DNA of 64,000 nt from Octopus vulgaris. Taxonomy: Eukaryota. Of the stretch, positions 58,761-64,000 are shown in pieces. The first letter of the stretch is position 1, and the number at the start of each line of letters is the position of its first letter. Where the stretch lies: the NCBI GenBank assembly GCA_951406725.2, contig OX597816.1:82956001-83020000 (forward strand). The letters are read 5' to 3'. The notes beneath the pieces were generated by a model that ran no database searches, had not been told where the DNA came from, and worked only from the letters and a program-made list of their open reading frames with translations. The position numbers were made by a program, and so were the translations under genes.

Positions 58761-59425
58761 TATATATATATATATATACAGTTCACCTTGCACATACACG
58801 TATATGCCTACCCAATGCATACAATTCGCGCACACATGTCATGCACATACTGACTTATCTTAACACACGTATTGATATAAGAAACAAAACCATACAGAAC
58901 TGCATACAGATACACGCCATCTCGACACTCAGACACGTATTATATATCTTATTACTGCTCACAAACCTTTAACCACCGACACTGATAATGTTACGTAAGT
59001 ATCTCCCGGGAGAGATGGAATGAAAAGTGAGAAATAGCAAGATAGGGAATAGAAACAGGCTGAGAGATATATATAAACAGAAAGAGTTATTGCTCTGGGT
59101 GGAAAGGGCTATACACACATACACACATAGACACACGCACACACATATATATATGTACATAAATATAGATACATACTTACACACACACACATAAATAGTT
59201 AGATAGATAAACAGAGAGAGTAAAAGACAGAGAACAAAAACGACAAAAAACACTCTAAGAACGATAGGGGAAATTTAAAAAGAGAAATAGAGAGAGAGAG
59301 AGAGTGTGTGTGAGAGAGACCAATAAAAATAGAGAACGGGAGAGAAAGAGGACAAGGAAAAGAGAGGATGATGAAGAAGAAGAGGAGGAATAAGAAAAGC
59401 AGAAGAGAGAGAAGAGGAAGAAGTT

Positions 59426-59471
<46 letters not shown>

Positions 59472-59656
59472 AAGAAGAAGAAGAAGAAGAAGAAGAAGAA
59501 GAAGAAGAAGAAGAAGAAGAAGAAGAAGAAGAAGAAGAAGAAGAAAACGACAACGACGACCACGACTGATATTCCGCTTGGAACTTGGATAATATGAACT
59601 CACGCATATACATAGGCACATACATAAATATATCATAATTCATTCGTCAAATTCGA

Positions 59657-59689
<33 letters not shown>

Positions 59690-59694
<5 letters not shown>

Positions 59695-59885
59695 AACATC
59701 CACAAAAAACAAAAGACGAAGATAGGTGGTGTAGACAACAAACAGAAGTATTAGTATAACGCCCGGGAAGTGAAAAAGTCTTTAACGTTTCGAGCCTACG
59801 CTCTTCCACAGAAAGGAACACAGAAAGAAACAAGGAGAGGAAAAAAAAGAATGTGTAGTGGCTAGGTGATCTATCATGGCGAAGA
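59690..59885 (-). mobile_element. PLE-pLTR-like repeat with HHR-like motif (copy 3 of 3)
   Basis: Minus strand CTTT-CTGTGGA-A-GAGC-GTAG-GCTC-GAAA-CGTT-AAAG; embedded between (TA)n tracts. Confidence 0.75.
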
Positions 59886-59886
59886 T

Positions 59887-60030
<144 letters not shown>

Positions 60031-60198
60031 ATATATATATATATATATATACACGTATATATATATTTCTTTTCAAAACCCTGGTACTTATTCTATCGAA
60101 TTTCCTTTCTGTTAAGATCAGAAATACTATTATAGAGCCATAAACACACCAACACTGGCTGTTTACCTATTGTTAGGGGACAAACAGAAACACAAAGG

Positions 60199-60256
<58 letters not shown>

Positions 60257-60286
60257 TATATCGGCACACATATATATATATATATC

Positions 60287-60610
60287 GGCACAGGCGTGGC
60301 TGTGTGCTAAGAAGCTTGCTTCCCAACCACCTACTTCCAAATTCAGTCCCACAGCGTGGCATCTTGGGCAAATGTCTTCTATTAAAGCCTCGGGCCTAGA
60401 GAGCCTTGTGAGCGGAATTGGTGGACGGCAACTTAAAGAAGGCCGTCGTATACATATCTTTGTATACATACATGCATAAATGCATGCATATATATATGTA
60501 TGTATGTGTTTGCGTGCGTGTCTGTGTCTGTGCGTGTCTTTCAGTCTGTCCCTCATCACCACTTGGCAGCTGGTATGGGTGTGTTTACGTCCTCGTAAAA
60601 TAGACTTGGT
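60287..60610 (+). mobile_element. SINE family B (an opposite-strand 3' fragment lies at ~60075-60195)
   Basis: CAGGCGTGGCTGTGTGCTAAGAAGCTTGCTTCCCAACCAC..GAGCCTTGTGAG..GCCGTCG. Confidence 0.85.
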
Positions 60611-61310
60611 TGAAGATCCTTCCGAATACTCGCACACACATAATATGTAATATATATTTTTTATTATATAAGATATTCATATGATAAAATTAAACTCTAA
60701 ATTTAGCGATATTTCAAGAAAAAAGGAGTTGTGTTGTGCAAATGTTCCAACAATGGTTTAAGGAGTTGCTTTCCGTATATAATTTAGCGTAATAATTAAT
60801 TTCAATGATTAAACACACACATACACACACATATAAAATCAATATATTTATATATAAAACCAAAAGACAGACACATATGTATGTGTCTGTATGTGCTTGT
60901 GGTACATGCATAGACATGTATGGGCACTATGTGTTTCTGTGAACAAACTACTCATGGATTTTCTGTCTGAAACCTTATTCACCGAATAATTGGAGAGTAT
61001 TTATATCTATTCAAGTTGTATATACACTCGCCATAATAAAGGCAGATCGTGTTAGCAAACTAGGATAATTTTTGCCTTGTAAAATTTAGATTTCTCAATT
61101 TAGTTTTTGCTATATCCAGAGCTTTCAAAATATTATTTTATCTAAAATAAACATTTTGAAGCAAAAATTCTGCACAAAGAAGTGTGTTTCGCGCTGTGCA
61201 ATATAACATATGAAGTCTGAGAATACAGAAATTAGTTTATATATATTAAACAATATTTATATTTTTCAACAAACCTACTGCCTACTAGTAAGTTTGCATC
61301 CATTCATATA

Positions 61311-61925
61311 CATTGGTTTCCAAATTTTGGCACCAGACCAGCAATTTCAGGAGAGGAGTAAGTCGATTATATCGACCCCGGCGCTCAACTGGTACTTATT
61401 TTAGCGACCCCGAAAGAATGAAAAACAAAGTCGACCTCGGTGGTATTTGAGCTCAGAACATAAACGCTGATGAAATTCTGCTAAGCATTTCGCCGGGCGC
61501 GGTAACGATTCTGCTAGCTCGTCACTTGAAATAACTGTTACAAAGTTTGGTACCAGGCCAGAAATTTTGAAGGGAGAGGCAAATCAAAGACTCGATCCCA
61601 ATATTTGACTAGTACTTTATGGTATCGACATTGAAAAGATGAAAGGAAAAGTTGACCTCGGCAGAATTTGAACTCAGAACGAAGCTAACTTGGAGAAATA
61701 CTTATTTATTTACTACCCACAAGGGGATAAACACAGAGAGGACAAACAAGGATAGACAAACGGATTAAGTCGATTATATCGATCCCAGTGCGTAACTGGT
61801 ACTTATTTAATCGTCCCCGAAAGGATGAAAGGCAAAGTCGACCTCGGTGGAATTTGAACTCAGAACGTAGCGGCAGACGAAATACCGCAAAGCATGTTTT
61901 CGGACGCTCTAACGATTCTACCAAT
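61311..61925 (-). mobile_element. Cluster of three SINE family A copies
   Basis: Reverse-complement cores at ~61400, ~61635 and ~61815. Confidence 0.85.
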
Positions 61926-61973
61926 CAATTCCTGTTTCTATAATGCTGCTGCTGATAATAAAAAAAATAATGC

Positions 61974-62022
<49 letters not shown>

Positions 62023-62030
62023 GATAATAT

Positions 62031-62684
<654 letters not shown>

Positions 62685-62714
62685 AAGAAGAAGAAGAAGA
62701 AGAAGAAGAAGATC

Positions 62715-63125
62715 ACAATATAGCGGCGAAAGAATTTGACAAGATTAGTAAATATAAAGACCTGCTAATAGAAATTGAAAAATGTGGCATCTCAAGGCGA
62801 CTACAGTACCAGTGATTGTAGGATCTCTAGGAATGATAAAAAAAAGGCACTGAAACCTATTTGAAAATGATTCCAGGCTTACCATCCCTACAGGAAGTGC
62901 AAAAAATCGTATTAACTGGAACGGCTCATGTACTGAGAAGAGCACTATCGCTGTGAAAATAACATCCATCCATGAATTTATTTATTTATTAATTTTTAAA
63001 TACATATTTTATCTGTGAATTTGCGCGTGTAATCTGGGAATGCATACAATGTCCTTCTCTGCCCTAGGTGTATGGAAAACACTCGGCGAGAAACGGAAGA
63101 AAATTTGAAGAAAGAAGGCAAAAAC

Positions 63126-63186
<61 letters not shown>
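62715..63186 (+). mobile_element. R4/Dong-type 3' fragment with 3' UTR and (AAT)n tail
   Basis: SKYKDLLIEIEK/MWHLKATTVPVIVGSLGMIKK..LQEVQKIVLTGTAHVLRRALSL*. Confidence 0.85.
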
Positions 63187-63187
<1 letters not shown>

Positions 63188-64000
63188 GCAGGTTTGTGCA
63201 AAATTGCTAATCATCTAACGAGAAACGAAATAATAGTTAATGAATACTTCTGGCCAATTGACTCTCCTCGCTCCAGAATTTTAAATTAGATATTGTTTAA
63301 ATTTCTTCGTATTTCTTAGTGTCATTAACATAAAGTCGATGGGAGTGTTTTATCGGAAGCTTTAATCACAATTCGGAGTGGAACCCCCCCCCCTCAGAAA
63401 ATAAGAAGTGAATTGGAACGTAAAAAAATAACTATAATAAAAGAGTATTTCAGTACAAAAGACACAGACAGACAGACAGACACACACACACGATGGAAAA
63501 TGGAAAAAACGAAACCGTAAGTTGAATATAACAATTTTAATGTAATGTTAGATCATTAAATTGGTGAAAGTATGTAAATACTTACGCATATATAAACAAG
63601 TACAAGCGAACACACACAGGCACACATACGCACACCATACACATGCACTGACACACATACACACACATATGATTGCAACAAGCAGAAAAGATAATACAGC
63701 ATAAAACTGTATCTTTTTGTAAATTTGTCTTCATCGACATCACTAACACCGACAACCCCCTCTCCCCACGACGACGACCACCACCAGTAACACCATCATC
63801 AGTTGTAGTAACAGGCGCGTCATCCAAATTAAGATGAACAGGATGATGACGATGATTATGATGATATGATCCAATATGATTATTTGATAATACATAATTG
63901 CAGTTGTAGTAGTAGTAGTAGTTGCAGCACTATTATTTTATGCGTTTATTTTATGTGTTCATCCATTTAACTCAATTGATGGTTAAACTGAGCTACGGTT

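Overview
AT-rich, microsatellite-saturated animal genomic DNA. The SINE families and repeat landscape look like octopus (coleoid cephalopod); this is an inference from recalled repeat sequences, not a database match. I find no convincing host protein-coding gene, so the window reads as intronic or intergenic, and nearly all ORF-track entries are translated microsatellites. Identifiable content: many tRNA-derived SINEs (at least 4 families, labelled A-D here), decayed LINEs (RTE, CR1, several R4/Dong-type RLE elements piled in (AAT)n tracts), two Penelope-like (PLE) relics, a DD34D mariner, a TIR-bounded DD37D (maT) transposon and a Helitron derivative. The most interesting signal is a set of type I hammerhead-ribozyme (HHR) motifs found by hand-folding. 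One lies downstream of a PLE ORF and has a U3-A8 covariant core. One lies inside a non-coding retrozyme-like mini-element. Three belong to a repeat family with a non-canonical position 6. One stand-alone HHR (42776-42866) has a perfect core, a ~20-bp extended helix I and two C-A mismatches that A-to-I editing could repair. All structures and translations were done by eye, and coordinates of decayed elements are approximate.
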